DNA from: a virus
Taxonomy: Duplodnaviria > Caudoviricetes
Virus record (IMG/VR): IMGVR_UViG_3300017912_002071
Location: 1 to 42,057 of that record
DNA: 42,057 nt
Reading direction: 5' to 3' (one strand)
Shown one piece after another: positions 18,585 to 27,444 of this stretch. Under the pieces are notes generated by a model. The model saw nothing but the letters and a program-made list of their open reading frames with translations, was not told where the DNA came from and ran no database searches. Made by a program: the position numbers and the translations under genes. Each line of letters begins with the position of its first letter. The first letter of the stretch is position 1.

Positions 18585-19156
18585 GTTTCTTCCATTTCTT
18601 TAGTCCAGATACCCACATCAGGATACAGCCAACCAACAGTACGCTTAGGTGTACCATCAGGATAGTAAGCCATGTGAGTGACTTTGTATTGTATTTTATT
18701 CTGTCCTTGCGAACCATAACGATTGTCAAGGTACACGCCAGTACGAAGATAGGCTTCTAGGTTCGAGACATAAGTCTGGACATCAAGATACTTACTACGC
18801 TCATTAGAGTCTTTAGAATCTTTCATAGACTTGATCGCAACAAGCAGTTCCTTATTCTCTTTAATCCAAGAGCGAACATTCTTTAGCGATAGTGGATTGT
18901 CTTCAGGTAGGTTACGAACATTCTCAGCAATCAGTTTGTTCTGAGATGGTCCTCGATTCTCCCTTGCCTTGGCAAGACGTGCCACAGCAGCTGCTCTCTG
19001 CTCTTCTGTCATCTTGCGCTTTTTCCGAACCTTTTTAATCTTAGTAGGAACATATCCTACAGCTTCCATTGCAGCCTTTTTCTTAGCTTCACGTGTAGCC
19101 TTTGCTTTAGCAGTGCGGGCTTTGATCTGTTTCTCTGTCAGTGGTTTACGTGGCAT
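18578..19156 (-). CDS. Hypothetical protein with a basic N-terminus
   Basis: 192 aa ORF with AAGGAG RBS directly behind an early promoter. Confidence 0.7.
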   Translation of the reverse strand: MPRKPLTEKQIKARTAKAKATREAKKKAAMEAVGYVPTKIKKVRKKRKMTEEQRAAAVARLAKARENRGPSQNKLIAENVRNLPEDNPLSLKNVRSWIKENKELLVAIKSMKDSKDSNERSKYLDVQTYVSNLEAYLRTGVYLDNRYGSQGQNKIQYKVTHMAYYPDGTPKRTVGWLYPDVGIWTKEMEETC

Positions 19157-19183
19157 ACAGTCACTCCTTCATAATATAAAACC

Positions 19184-19221
19184 ATTATCGCATAAACTTA
19201 AACAGAAGTCAACAGTTAATT
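19184..19221 (-). promoter_or_regulatory. Sigma70-type early promoter (copy 1)
   Basis: AATTAACTG-TTGACT-17 nt-GATAAT. Confidence 0.8.
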
Positions 19222-19416
19222 TTCATCAAGTGGAATTAATTCTATCTCTCCATCGATCTTTCTTGACCTAACAAAGTTGTTTTCAACGAGATAGATTATT
19301 GTGTCTTCGATTGCCATGTCTCGGTCTCTCATAGACCAATACTTGCCAATCATGAATGCAGCCACAGATGCGCCTGCAAGAAGTCCCCACATAATAATAA
19401 TTGGATCAATAAACAT
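19216..19416 (-). CDS. Small membrane-anchored hypothetical protein
   Basis: One N-terminal hydrophobic helix; AGGAGG RBS. Confidence 0.7.
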   Translation of the reverse strand: MFIDPIIIMWGLLAGASVAAFMIGKYWSMRDRDMAIEDTIIYLVENNFVRSRKIDGEIELIPLDEN

Positions 19417-19446
19417 AAGCCCTCCTATATCACATAGGTTTATTTA

Positions 19447-19686
19447 TCATGTAAAAGAAATCACGTTTTCAACACGAAATGATCTAAACTCACATTTGTT
19501 TGTATCGTAAGCTCGAATCACATCTTTGTTCTTTTGACGCTCAGTTCCTTTCATAGGAGGTAGTACTTTCTCGATTAGCGTACATTGCATGTCACGCTCT
19601 TCACCATTTACCTTTTTAAAGATAACGCGGCAAACACGTTGTTGTAGTTCGCCAATCATATATTCACGAGTCAGTTCTTCTGTCAT
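19447..19686 (-). CDS. Small SH3/Sm-like beta-barrel (WYL-like) protein
   Basis: V.FKK.NGE.R.M.CTL...YD......RSFRVENV pattern. Confidence 0.7.
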   Translation of the reverse strand: MTEELTREYMIGELQQRVCRVIFKKVNGEERDMQCTLIEKVLPPMKGTERQKNKDVIRAYDTNKCEFRSFRVENVISFT

Positions 19687-19982
19687 GTAGATGAATCCAT
19701 ATTAAGAGTTACAGTTGTAAGAGGAATATCCTCTTTGTTAAGGATAGTATGATCAGACATACTTTCAAGATCAAATAGAGATGGTTCATAGCCACCTGTC
19801 AATGTTGTTGTGGTCATATTATCTGTATTCAGAATTGTGCCAGCTTCCATTGTCACACCTTCAGGTAAATCCAAACCATGCATTGGATCGTTGAGAATCA
19901 TTTCGATCTCAGATAGTCGATCCATGATCTGGTTAATACCAGCCATAAGATCTTCCATAGTAGTTACTTTAGTCCCAGTCAT
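19683..19982 (-). CDS. Hypothetical protein
   Basis: Likely start MTGTKV at 19982 (GAGG RBS); tiles with its neighbours. Confidence 0.55.
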   Translation of the reverse strand: MTGTKVTTMEDLMAGINQIMDRLSEIEMILNDPMHGLDLPEGVTMEAGTILNTDNMTTTTLTGGYEPSLFDLESMSDHTILNKEDIPLTTVTLNMDSST

Positions 19983-20181
19983 TATCGAACCTCGTTGTTT
20001 CTCTATAAGTCTCACCATAATACTCATTAGCATACTTAGATGCATCAGTGTAGAAAAAGTCTTCATTACGGAGAGGTGAGTTCTCCGTACGACGAGCAAC
20101 ACGTTGCTTGTGTTGTTTCTTCATAAACTTATCATGCTCTTTCTTCAATTCAGTTACGAACGTATTCAAACCATCCTCCAT
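19969..20181 (-). CDS. Hypothetical protein
   Basis: ORF tiling within the early gene run; start uncertain. Confidence 0.55.
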   Translation of the reverse strand: MEDGLNTFVTELKKEHDKFMKKQHKQRVARRTENSPLRNEDFFYTDASKYANEYYGETYRETTRFDNDWD

Positions 20182-20341
20182 CTTTCAATTTCTGTTTGAA
20201 CATTATCATCTCTTCTGTCGATAAAGTCAACTCTGTTCTTTTAGCTCCATTAGCGAATTCACGAAGAGTATAAACACCCATACCATTATTAACAATGCTA
20301 TAGTGCTTAGCCTCTTTCCAGTTATCGTGTTTGAAAATCAA
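20150..20341 (-). CDS. Hypothetical protein
   Basis: TTG start overlapping the upstream stop; tiles with its neighbours. Confidence 0.55.
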   Translation of the reverse strand: MIFKHDNWKEAKHYSIVNNGMGVYTLREFANGAKRTELTLSTEEMIMFKQKLKDGGWFEYVRN

Positions 20342-20562
20342 CCCCAGTCCTTTCTATCTTCTTCATTATTGTAACCATACGTGTATTCTTCAATTTGGTC
20401 AACAGTCATGTCAACTTTCTCAACACGTTTACCAACATAGGTGCCTTCTGGCCAATAATGAGGATCATAAGGACGACCGTAGTAACGATCTGCGGATCCT
20501 CGATCAAGAGGACCCCCATGCTTAGTATCATAATCAAGAACATCTAGTTTCATCACGCCCAC
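20338..20562 (-). CDS. Hypothetical phage protein (HGGP.DRGSAD.YYGR...PHY)
   Basis: Tiled ORF with a motif I recognise from small phage proteins. Confidence 0.65.
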   Translation of the reverse strand: MGVMKLDVLDYDTKHGGPLDRGSADRYYGRPYDPHYWPEGTYVGKRVEKVDMTVDQIEEYTYGYNNEEDRKDWG

Positions 20563-20960
20563 TCCATTTCTTCATACTCAACTATATCTACAAGCTCTTT
20601 TGTAAGAGCCTTGCCATATTCGTAAGCGCAAGAGCTTAGAAGTCCTTGCTCCCAAACAAAATGCTCAACACACTGTTCGTGATAAAACTTCTCATTAGCA
20701 GTAATCCAACGAAGAGCTGTCTTACGATCACCAGCACCAATCTTGATTACATCCTCGACACGATCTTCCCATCTGATGATTGCTTCTTTAGCAAGCTGAC
20801 GAGCATCAGCTTCTTGTTGATCTAGATAGTCCACTACATCATTCCAGATCTCTTGCTTCTCATCATCAGAAGCTTCATAGTATCTGTGATAACGAGGACG
20901 GAAACCATATGCGTCCTTGTGTAGATCAGAAAAAAGGTTATCTTCAAAAGTATACTGCAT
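20553..20960 (-). CDS. Hypothetical phage protein (SDLHKDAYGFRPR)
   Basis: Tiled ORF with a motif common in small phage early genes. Confidence 0.7.
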   Translation of the reverse strand: MQYTFEDNLFSDLHKDAYGFRPRYHRYYEASDDEKQEIWNDVVDYLDQQEADARQLAKEAIIRWEDRVEDVIKIGAGDRKTALRWITANEKFYHEQCVEHFVWEQGLLSSCAYEYGKALTKELVDIVEYEEMEWA

Positions 20961-21286
20961 TACACATCCTCCATTACTGGTAGTGCTTCAAAACCAACCA
21001 TTGCACACTCATATGCATCACCATCTTCTACATAGAAGCGATCGCCCATCATAGAAGAACGAAGGCCAAATACTTTACCTTCATGTACAGGCAACTCTGC
21101 AACTACTTCTACATCATCATTTTTATCAGCTTCGCCTGATGGATGAGACCAGCTATCCATAATGTTTTGAGTCCAACGATAAGCATACTCAAGAGCACGA
21201 CTCTCATCAGTAGTGTCGGCATTAACAACTGCAACTCGTGTGAAGCTGTTTGTTTCAAAATCTTTGTGGAATACTGTAACTTTCAT
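20960..21286 (-). CDS. Hypothetical phage protein (LRSSMMGD)
   Basis: First gene after an early promoter; AAGGAG RBS. Confidence 0.7.
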   Translation of the reverse strand: MKVTVFHKDFETNSFTRVAVVNADTTDESRALEYAYRWTQNIMDSWSHPSGEADKNDDVEVVAELPVHEGKVFGLRSSMMGDRFYVEDGDAYECAMVGFEALPVMEDV

Positions 21287-21312
21287 TTCTGATCTCCTTC
21301 ATTTGATACCCC

Positions 21313-21350
21313 TTTATCCAATATAAATAACTTAAAGTCAACAGCTAATT
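21313..21350 (-). promoter_or_regulatory. Sigma70-type early promoter (copy 2)
   Basis: AATTAGCTG-TTGACT-17 nt-GATAAA. Confidence 0.7.
21322..21329 (+). promoter_or_regulatory. T4-type late promoter for the NlpC/P60 gene, nested in the spacer of the opposite-strand early promoter
   Basis: Exact TATAAATA about 30 nt upstream of ATG 21359. Confidence 0.7.
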
Positions 21351-21358
21351 TGTATAAA

Positions 21359-21835
21359 ATGAAAAAAATATTAATTATTTTTATGTTATTGTCTGGATGT
21401 GCTCCTAATGTCAATCCTACAGCACAGCAATATGTAGGATTGCATGAAGAGAAAAATAACGAATCTTTGTATCAAATGTTAGGGATTGATCCACTGAAGA
21501 CAGAGTGGTGTGCAGCATTTGTCTCTCATGTGCTACGACAAGAAGGCAAGCCTACTGCTGAGTTTCCGTTGTGGTCTCGAAGTTATTTAGAATGGGGAGA
21601 GGAAGTGGATCAACCACAGAAGGGTGATCTAGTTATCTTTGAACGAGAAGGATCAGATTGGCAAGGTCATGTAGGATTCTATGTTAGAGAAACAGAAGCA
21701 AACATTTTAGTTCTTGGCGGAAATCAAGACAACAAAGTTGGATACAAACTTTATCCTAAAAACAATCTACTTGGTATCAGACGCTTCCCTAGCACGAGCC
21801 TCGATCAACCAGTTCTTGATTTGGCTTTCGATTAG
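21359..21835 (+). CDS. NlpC/P60-CHAP-like peptidoglycan hydrolase (TIGR02594-like) with lipoprotein signal
   Basis: WCAAFV, SRSYLEWG, GDLVIF, GHVGF, LGGNQ; N-terminus MKKILIIFMLLSGC ends in an LSGC lipobox. Confidence 0.85.
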   Translation: MKKILIIFMLLSGCAPNVNPTAQQYVGLHEEKNNESLYQMLGIDPLKTEWCAAFVSHVLRQEGKPTAEFPLWSRSYLEWGEEVDQPQKGDLVIFEREGSDWQGHVGFYVRETEANILVLGGNQDNKVGYKLYPKNNLLGIRRFPSTSLDQPVLDLAFD

Positions 21836-22825
21836 ATGTTCAGTTGTTTTCCAGTTTGAATACTGATTCTCTGGAATCTTATATTCATCCATACGCTTTC
21901 GTAGTCCGTCATATATCTCTTGTAGAGCCTGTGCTGGAAGATTCCATATAGCCCATTCTTTAGGGTATAAGATTGTGTTGTACCAAAGATTAGTTTTGTG
22001 CTCATCTGCAAATTTAAGAAAGTCTACCATCTCAAACCAATTGTTTCTCATTGGATTGACCATTATTGATAACGATTTCTCTTCACCACAATACTCTTTG
22101 TATCGATCAAGATTCTTATAAACATCAGATAGCTTACCATTGATACGAATCTCTGAGTACCGTTTAGCATCTAAGCTATCAATTGATATGTTGATGTGAG
22201 TATTGTTCTGTTCAAGAATCTTTCTAACACGTTTACTATAGACAGTACCATTTGTTGCAATGTTAATTTTAAGACCAGGACTAATTTCTGCAACCATATC
22301 ACAAATGTCTAATACAATCTTTTGAGCAAAAGGTTCACCACCGTTGAATCGAAGTTCTTTTAGATGTGGTACAAACTCTCTAAGCTCTTCAACAAATTGA
22401 TCTGTATAGATCTGAGGCAGGGGTGGTAGCTTATCACGATTCTTTCTAATCCCTGAGCTTAGCTCACCTGAACACATAACACATTCTAAGTTACATTGAT
22501 TGCTGAGTTCTAATTCCATCAATGATGGATATTTTTGAACTGGATATTTTTGATAAGCCTTAGCGAGTGGCCAAACATCTTTTTTTATCTCAGCCTCACA
22601 TTCTCCACATCTTGCAAGAAAGTTACATGACTTCAGAGCATCACGATACATACCAAACTTCTCACCAAACCAGATATCTTTAATTGATCTCTCTGGTGAC
22701 CAATCATCACAGAATCCAGGAAGTTTCCAACACGGAGAAACTTTTCCATGAACAGTAAAGTACATATTATTAAAAGGAGCATTGCAAGGAGCAATATCAC
22801 CATACCAAGTTTTTATATCATTCAT
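21767..22825 (-). CDS. Radical SAM protein with N-terminal SPASM/twitch-like domain
   Basis: CNAPF...G.VSPCW...C..C; CNLECVMC; GGEPF; TNGT; ISID. Confidence 0.9.
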   Translation of the reverse strand: MNDIKTWYGDIAPCNAPFNNMYFTVHGKVSPCWKLPGFCDDWSPERSIKDIWFGEKFGMYRDALKSCNFLARCGECEAEIKKDVWPLAKAYQKYPVQKYPSLMELELSNQCNLECVMCSGELSSGIRKNRDKLPPLPQIYTDQFVEELREFVPHLKELRFNGGEPFAQKIVLDICDMVAEISPGLKINIATNGTVYSKRVRKILEQNNTHINISIDSLDAKRYSEIRINGKLSDVYKNLDRYKEYCGEEKSLSIMVNPMRNNWFEMVDFLKFADEHKTNLWYNTILYPKEWAIWNLPAQALQEIYDGLRKRMDEYKIPENQYSNWKTTEHLIESQIKNWLIEARAREASDTK

Positions 22826-23939
22826 AATTAATTACCTTACTCCACTCAGGAAATGTATCTTTAAAGTTTTCATTTCTGACTTTATCTTTTTGTTTATTAT
22901 ATGCTATAAACTTATCGGTAAAGTCATATTCTGTTTGTGTCATCATAAACTTCATAAGATCTTTTATATTCTCGTTATTTGTATTTTGATACTTATTAAG
23001 TATTTGATCTTTTATATCAGCAGAAAGATAAGATATGTTCATATGAACAGGACCAATCAATGGTTGGTAATCTGCTGGTACATTTATACTTTTGAAATAC
23101 TGAAAATATTCTTCAAGATACCATATGCTATAATTGTTAACAGTAGCATAACTGTTTATCTTTATATGATCATGCGTGTCTCTTAAATTAACATATTTTT
23201 TAAGATTTCTTGCTATTGTATCCCAAACCGAATTTGCACGTGAATACTCATTACGTTGATATAGATCATCAATGCTTATTGATATTTTAGCTCTTTTGAA
23301 CTGTACTATCTGATCAATGAAACTTTGAATCCAAAACATTCCGTTAGTATTCATACCATATTCAATTTTCTTTGCCCGACCACTTTTTATAATTGCATCA
23401 AGTATTTTTTTAGTTTCAGGATTTACAAACGGCTCACCTCCAGCAATACCTATATGCATCATTTTATCAATCCAAGATATAAATGTCTCTCTATTTTCTG
23501 GCACCAACAACTTCTCAGTAGTCCACCATATATTGTCCTCCCCTTCTTCTTTTGCAATTAGACTTGAGTTTATAGAACAACACATACGGCATTTTAGATT
23601 GCAGACATTAGTAGTTTTCAGATCAAAAAAAACAGGTGGAGGAGAACATACAGATGGCACTATATCAATATCCCCCAAATTTCTAACTTGTCTGTAGCTC
23701 TCCATTCCAGCTTCCTCAACTTTGAAACAAGGATTAACACACGCAATTGGAATTTCGCCATCTAGAAATTGTTTTCTGACTTTGCGGATTGCAGGTCCAT
23801 TCCACGCTTCAGCCAGACTCATATCTTGCAAATTGTCAGCTTGATAGTGATGGTTTTCGATTCTACAACACGGTAAAACCGATCCATCTGGATCGATACT
23901 AATATTTGACCAAGGAGCTTTGCAAAATGTATCAGCCAT
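22818..23939 (-). CDS. Radical SAM protein with N-terminal SPASM/twitch-like domain
   Basis: FCKAPW...PDG.V.PCC...C...C; CNLKCRMC; GGEPF; TNG; ISID. Confidence 0.9.
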   Translation of the reverse strand: MADTFCKAPWSNISIDPDGSVLPCCRIENHHYQADNLQDMSLAEAWNGPAIRKVRKQFLDGEIPIACVNPCFKVEEAGMESYRQVRNLGDIDIVPSVCSPPPVFFDLKTTNVCNLKCRMCCSINSSLIAKEEGEDNIWWTTEKLLVPENRETFISWIDKMMHIGIAGGEPFVNPETKKILDAIIKSGRAKKIEYGMNTNGMFWIQSFIDQIVQFKRAKISISIDDLYQRNEYSRANSVWDTIARNLKKYVNLRDTHDHIKINSYATVNNYSIWYLEEYFQYFKSINVPADYQPLIGPVHMNISYLSADIKDQILNKYQNTNNENIKDLMKFMMTQTEYDFTDKFIAYNKQKDKVRNENFKDTFPEWSKVINYE

Positions 23940-25044
23940 TTAATAGTTTTGCCAATTCAGGAACGTAATCGTATATATTTAGTTTACGAATGCTGTTCCA
24001 CTTCTCGGTGTGTTGTTTAAACATTTCTACGTGATTGTTATGGCCAAATGATTTAATCGATTCTAACCCTTGCCGATTCCAATCATGTTTAGGTACATCA
24101 TAGCTAACAATTGGTTCTACAAACCGATCAATATCATCTTGAGTATACTGCATACAACTTGTATGAGATGGATTCCAAACAACATTAGTACTAGCGTAAT
24201 GATGCATGCCAGGAAAATCTTCTAAATGTCTCTCATATGTTTGTAGCAGTGAGGGTAATGTGTATGCTGTTATTGTGCTTATCAATACAAATGTGAATCC
24301 TGTGTCATTATGAAAGTCAGCTAAAGTTTTAACAGTGCGTTTGTAATCAGATCCTCTCTGCCACTTATAAATTTCATCAACACCGTCAACACTAAACGCA
24401 AAGTTAAACTGATCTGCATTAAACTTTGTTAGTGCATCTTTAAACGCTTTAGATATATTTTGACCATTGCTAACAATAGTAATATTTTTAATGTTGGGAT
24501 TACATTCGTATAATCTTTTAAGAATTTTTAAATTATTATGATCAGCAAAAGGCTCACCACCTTTTAGACAGATATAATCTAATCCAGGTAAAACTTCATA
24601 TATCATTTCCATCTGATCATTATTTAAAAATGATATATCTTCAGGTGTATTTTCTAACTTAGCGTGAGTACTACTATACCACGAACCACACATCACACAA
24701 GATTGTTTACATATATTGCTTGTAGTTACTTCAAGAAACTTTAGATCTACAGTATCATTATATCCTTGCTTTTCTGGGAATTTCCAGTCGTTCATGATAT
24801 GCATTTCGGTTGAGAAACCATCTAACGCTCTATGGCATGCTTTACATGGATCGAAGTTCTTTAGATCTGTCTTTCTAACAGTATCTCTGATATCGTTATA
24901 TTGTTTGCTATTATAGAAAAAGTCAGTTAGACTAGTAACATCTTTTATTGTTGTATTTAACATCCTATCACCGTCTGAACAACACACAGCGAGCGTACCG
25001 TATGGTTCTATGACTAGTGATTTGCTAAACGCTTTACAAAACAT
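23932..25044 (-). CDS. Radical SAM protein with N-terminal SPASM/twitch-like domain
   Basis: FCKA...P.G...VCC...C..C; CKQSCVMC; GGEPF; SNG; SVDG. Confidence 0.9.
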   Translation of the reverse strand: MFCKAFSKSLVIEPYGTLAVCCSDGDRMLNTTIKDVTSLTDFFYNSKQYNDIRDTVRKTDLKNFDPCKACHRALDGFSTEMHIMNDWKFPEKQGYNDTVDLKFLEVTTSNICKQSCVMCGSWYSSTHAKLENTPEDISFLNNDQMEMIYEVLPGLDYICLKGGEPFADHNNLKILKRLYECNPNIKNITIVSNGQNISKAFKDALTKFNADQFNFAFSVDGVDEIYKWQRGSDYKRTVKTLADFHNDTGFTFVLISTITAYTLPSLLQTYERHLEDFPGMHHYASTNVVWNPSHTSCMQYTQDDIDRFVEPIVSYDVPKHDWNRQGLESIKSFGHNNHVEMFKQHTEKWNSIRKLNIYDYVPELAKLLNG

Positions 25045-25376
25045 TATACAATTTCTCTATGCGCTGTGGGATCCTGATCGAAGTTCTTTGTGCAGAACTT
25101 ATTACAATTATATACATCACATGTAACTTTACCATCATAAGCATCTTGCATATACTGTAAAAATTCTTTCCATTGCCACGTTTCAAAAAGCGCATCAATA
25201 CTTTCAACATTGGAAAGTTTTAATTCTTCGTCCAATAGATTTTGAAATTCTTTTGGTAGATTATCAAAATCATATCTAAAAGTATAATCCATAAAACAAC
25301 ATGGTAAGATGTATCCACTATTAACTAATGCACGCCCAGTCTTATTATGTAAACATAGTGGAGATAGTTTAGTCAT
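25044..25376 (-). CDS. Stand-alone SPASM/twitch-like Fe-S domain protein
   Basis: PLC...GYILPCCF...C....C...C; no CX3CX2C motif. Confidence 0.7.
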   Translation of the reverse strand: MTKLSPLCLHNKTGRALVNSGYILPCCFMDYTFRYDFDNLPKEFQNLLDEELKLSNVESIDALFETWQWKEFLQYMQDAYDGKVTCDVYNCNKFCTKNFDQDPTAHREIV

Positions 25377-25989
25377 CTCTATAGTTTCCTTCAGATGGTT
25401 TCAAGTGAGGAATATGATTCCAACGATTGGACTTAACTAATTCCAAATTCAAATTATACTTATCCGCTAATTGCTTTGCTTCATCAATTGAATCTTCATT
25501 GTAGTTAAAGATGATGTATTGCCAACGAGTGTTGTTACCCATCTCTGCGGCCATACACATCATCTCAAATAGGAACTCGCCATCTTGGCCAATTCTATAT
25601 TGATGACTTTGATGTGGGAGGCCATCTATACCAAAGTGCCACTTGATACCTCTACACGCATTGAATGCTTCTTTATACCACTCTCTGTCGCGTTTCCTAG
25701 TAGTAGCTGCTGTGTATATTGTGTGCCAACCGTGCATTTCTGGATCGGTGTTGTCGTTTAAGTATCTCAACATATCAATAAAGTGAGGATTGAAAATAGG
25801 ATCAGATACTTGCCCATTAAACGAAACCCAGTCACAAGCATCAGCAATTTTCTTAAACTCTTCTAATGAAAGATTTCTACCACCCATAGATGGTTTATCC
25901 ATCTTACCTGGTAAGATCTGTCTTATACATTCCCCACATTTCAGAGTACATGTATTACTAATATCTAAATGAAAGTTATACCTCTTCAT
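25369..25989 (-). CDS. Radical SAM protein (core domain only)
   Basis: CTLKCGEC; GQVSDP; FGIDG; WQYIIFNYNE. Confidence 0.88.
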   Translation of the reverse strand: MKRYNFHLDISNTCTLKCGECIRQILPGKMDKPSMGGRNLSLEEFKKIADACDWVSFNGQVSDPIFNPHFIDMLRYLNDNTDPEMHGWHTIYTAATTRKRDREWYKEAFNACRGIKWHFGIDGLPHQSHQYRIGQDGEFLFEMMCMAAEMGNNTRWQYIIFNYNEDSIDEAKQLADKYNLNLELVKSNRWNHIPHLKPSEGNYRDD

Positions 25990-26332
25990 CTATCTCACCA
26001 CACATTAATGCGCAGAGGTGAGGAGGATCATCTGTTTCCCAACTCTCAGGTAATGTTTCTGTAAACCACTTGCCATTTATTATACTTTCCATATCATTGT
26101 TAAACAGATTATAATGTTCTGCAGAATCAACATAGCTACTTAGGACATGATGTGACATTTGTTTTCTATGTCCAGCAGGTAGCTCGATATTTAGCTCGTT
26201 ATTGATAGTACTGTAGTAAATCATATTTGCAAAGTAGCAGCATGGCAAAACCTGGCCATCAGGATTAACAACAATCCTTTTCTCGTTTTCCCACTTACAG
26301 TTTATACATTTTACTTTTGGAGTTTCTTCCAT
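25976..26332 (-). CDS. Stand-alone SPASM/twitch-like Fe-S domain protein
   Basis: C..C...VNPDGQVLPCCY...C...CG. Confidence 0.75.
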   Translation of the reverse strand: MEETPKVKCINCKWENEKRIVVNPDGQVLPCCYFANMIYYSTINNELNIELPAGHRKQMSHHVLSSYVDSAEHYNLFNNDMESIINGKWFTETLPESWETDDPPHLCALMCGEIDEEV

Positions 26333-27123
26333 TTCAAATCCCTAATAGGTGTAGTCGTTCTCAAACGATTGTCTTGTCCTCTAATCACTTCTGCTTGTTC
26401 CAAAGTATCTTCTTTACCAAACTCATTTATAAATGTAAATTTACTATCAGTGTGGAATCTATTTGACTCTTGGAAATACACCTCTCCATTGACTCCAAGC
26501 TCTCTAACCATTTCTTCGATATCATGCATATAATTTTGATTGTGTTTAAAAACGACAACATAGACGCTGGCATCAGATCCAGCATCACAATATGCTTTTA
26601 TATTTTGTTTGATCTTTTCTAAATTAGTTTTCTGTCTATACTTAGCATGCATCTCTTGTGTAATACCATCAACGTCAAACATCACGTTAAGTCTACACCA
26701 ACCAGAATATTTTGATCTATGTTCTTGTCCTAGCTGTCCAAGTTCAGCCCACCACTTTTCACCACGAATGCCACCGTTGGTGTTAATGAATACTTGTGTT
26801 GTAATGGTATTTGTTAAGACGTACTCGACTATTTCTTTTAGATCCTTGGCCATAATAGGATCGCCATAAGTTCCACAGAACTCAAACTTTGCATAGTTGT
26901 TTAATGATTGAATCGGAAATGCTTTTTTGAACATTTCCATATCCCATTGAATAAGAGGCAGCCAACCTACTTTTTCATTTACACCAAAGACTCCGTTACC
27001 AGACCACATACCTCTATGAGCATCAGTTCTATGGCACTGTGGACATCCTGCATTACAGAATGTGCACATATCAATCCATGCATATAACTCACCTTCTTTG
27101 AAGTGATCACTATACTTCTTCAT
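26311..27123 (-). CDS. Radical SAM protein (core domain only)
   Basis: CNAGCPQC; FCGTYGDP; TNGG; FDVDG; VFKHNQ. Confidence 0.9.
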   Translation of the reverse strand: MKKYSDHFKEGELYAWIDMCTFCNAGCPQCHRTDAHRGMWSGNGVFGVNEKVGWLPLIQWDMEMFKKAFPIQSLNNYAKFEFCGTYGDPIMAKDLKEIVEYVLTNTITTQVFINTNGGIRGEKWWAELGQLGQEHRSKYSGWCRLNVMFDVDGITQEMHAKYRQKTNLEKIKQNIKAYCDAGSDASVYVVVFKHNQNYMHDIEEMVRELGVNGEVYFQESNRFHTDSKFTFINEFGKEDTLEQAEVIRGQDNRLRTTTPIRDLKWKKLQK

Positions 27124-27319
27124 CTGTTTTGTTAATCCAATCTATACATCGATATCCAGCCATTTTTCCGCCTCGCTGTTCTAGTTCCTTTATTCCGTTC
27201 GCCAGTGTATCTAGGCATTGTTCTTCACTAGTTAAAATTTGAGGCCAGACAATGTGATGGCAAGTTGGACCTGTGACTGTCATCCAGCATCCAAACAATA
27301 TCGCTGTAAATGCTTCCAT
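27110..27319 (-). CDS. Small 4-Cys hypothetical protein with a hydrophobic N-terminus
   Basis: 69 aa with four spaced Cys; overlaps the first radical SAM gene. Confidence 0.65.
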   Translation of the reverse strand: MEAFTAILFGCWMTVTGPTCHHIVWPQILTSEEQCLDTLANGIKELEQRGGKMAGYRCIDWINKTDEEV

Positions 27320-27321
27320 GT

Positions 27322-27444
27322 TTATTCTCTAGGCTCTTCGTATATGTACATTTGATCATTCCTTTCTTTGCTTTTCTTAAATCGTGATAAAAACAACAAG
27401 GTGTTAATTTTTAATCTACTTAACCATATTTTGATAGTGTTCAT
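27322..27444 (-). CDS. Small basic peptide (40 aa) ending DQMYIYEEPRE
   Basis: ATG 27444 with GGAG RBS; fills the gap between neighbours. Confidence 0.6.
   Translation of the reverse strand: MNTIKIWLSRLKINTLLFLSRFKKSKERNDQMYIYEEPRE

Noticed and set aside
25976-26332. Programmed frameshift fusing radical SAM core and SPASM genes
   Set aside because: No convincing slippery heptamer or stem; each SPASM ORF has its own overlapping ATG.
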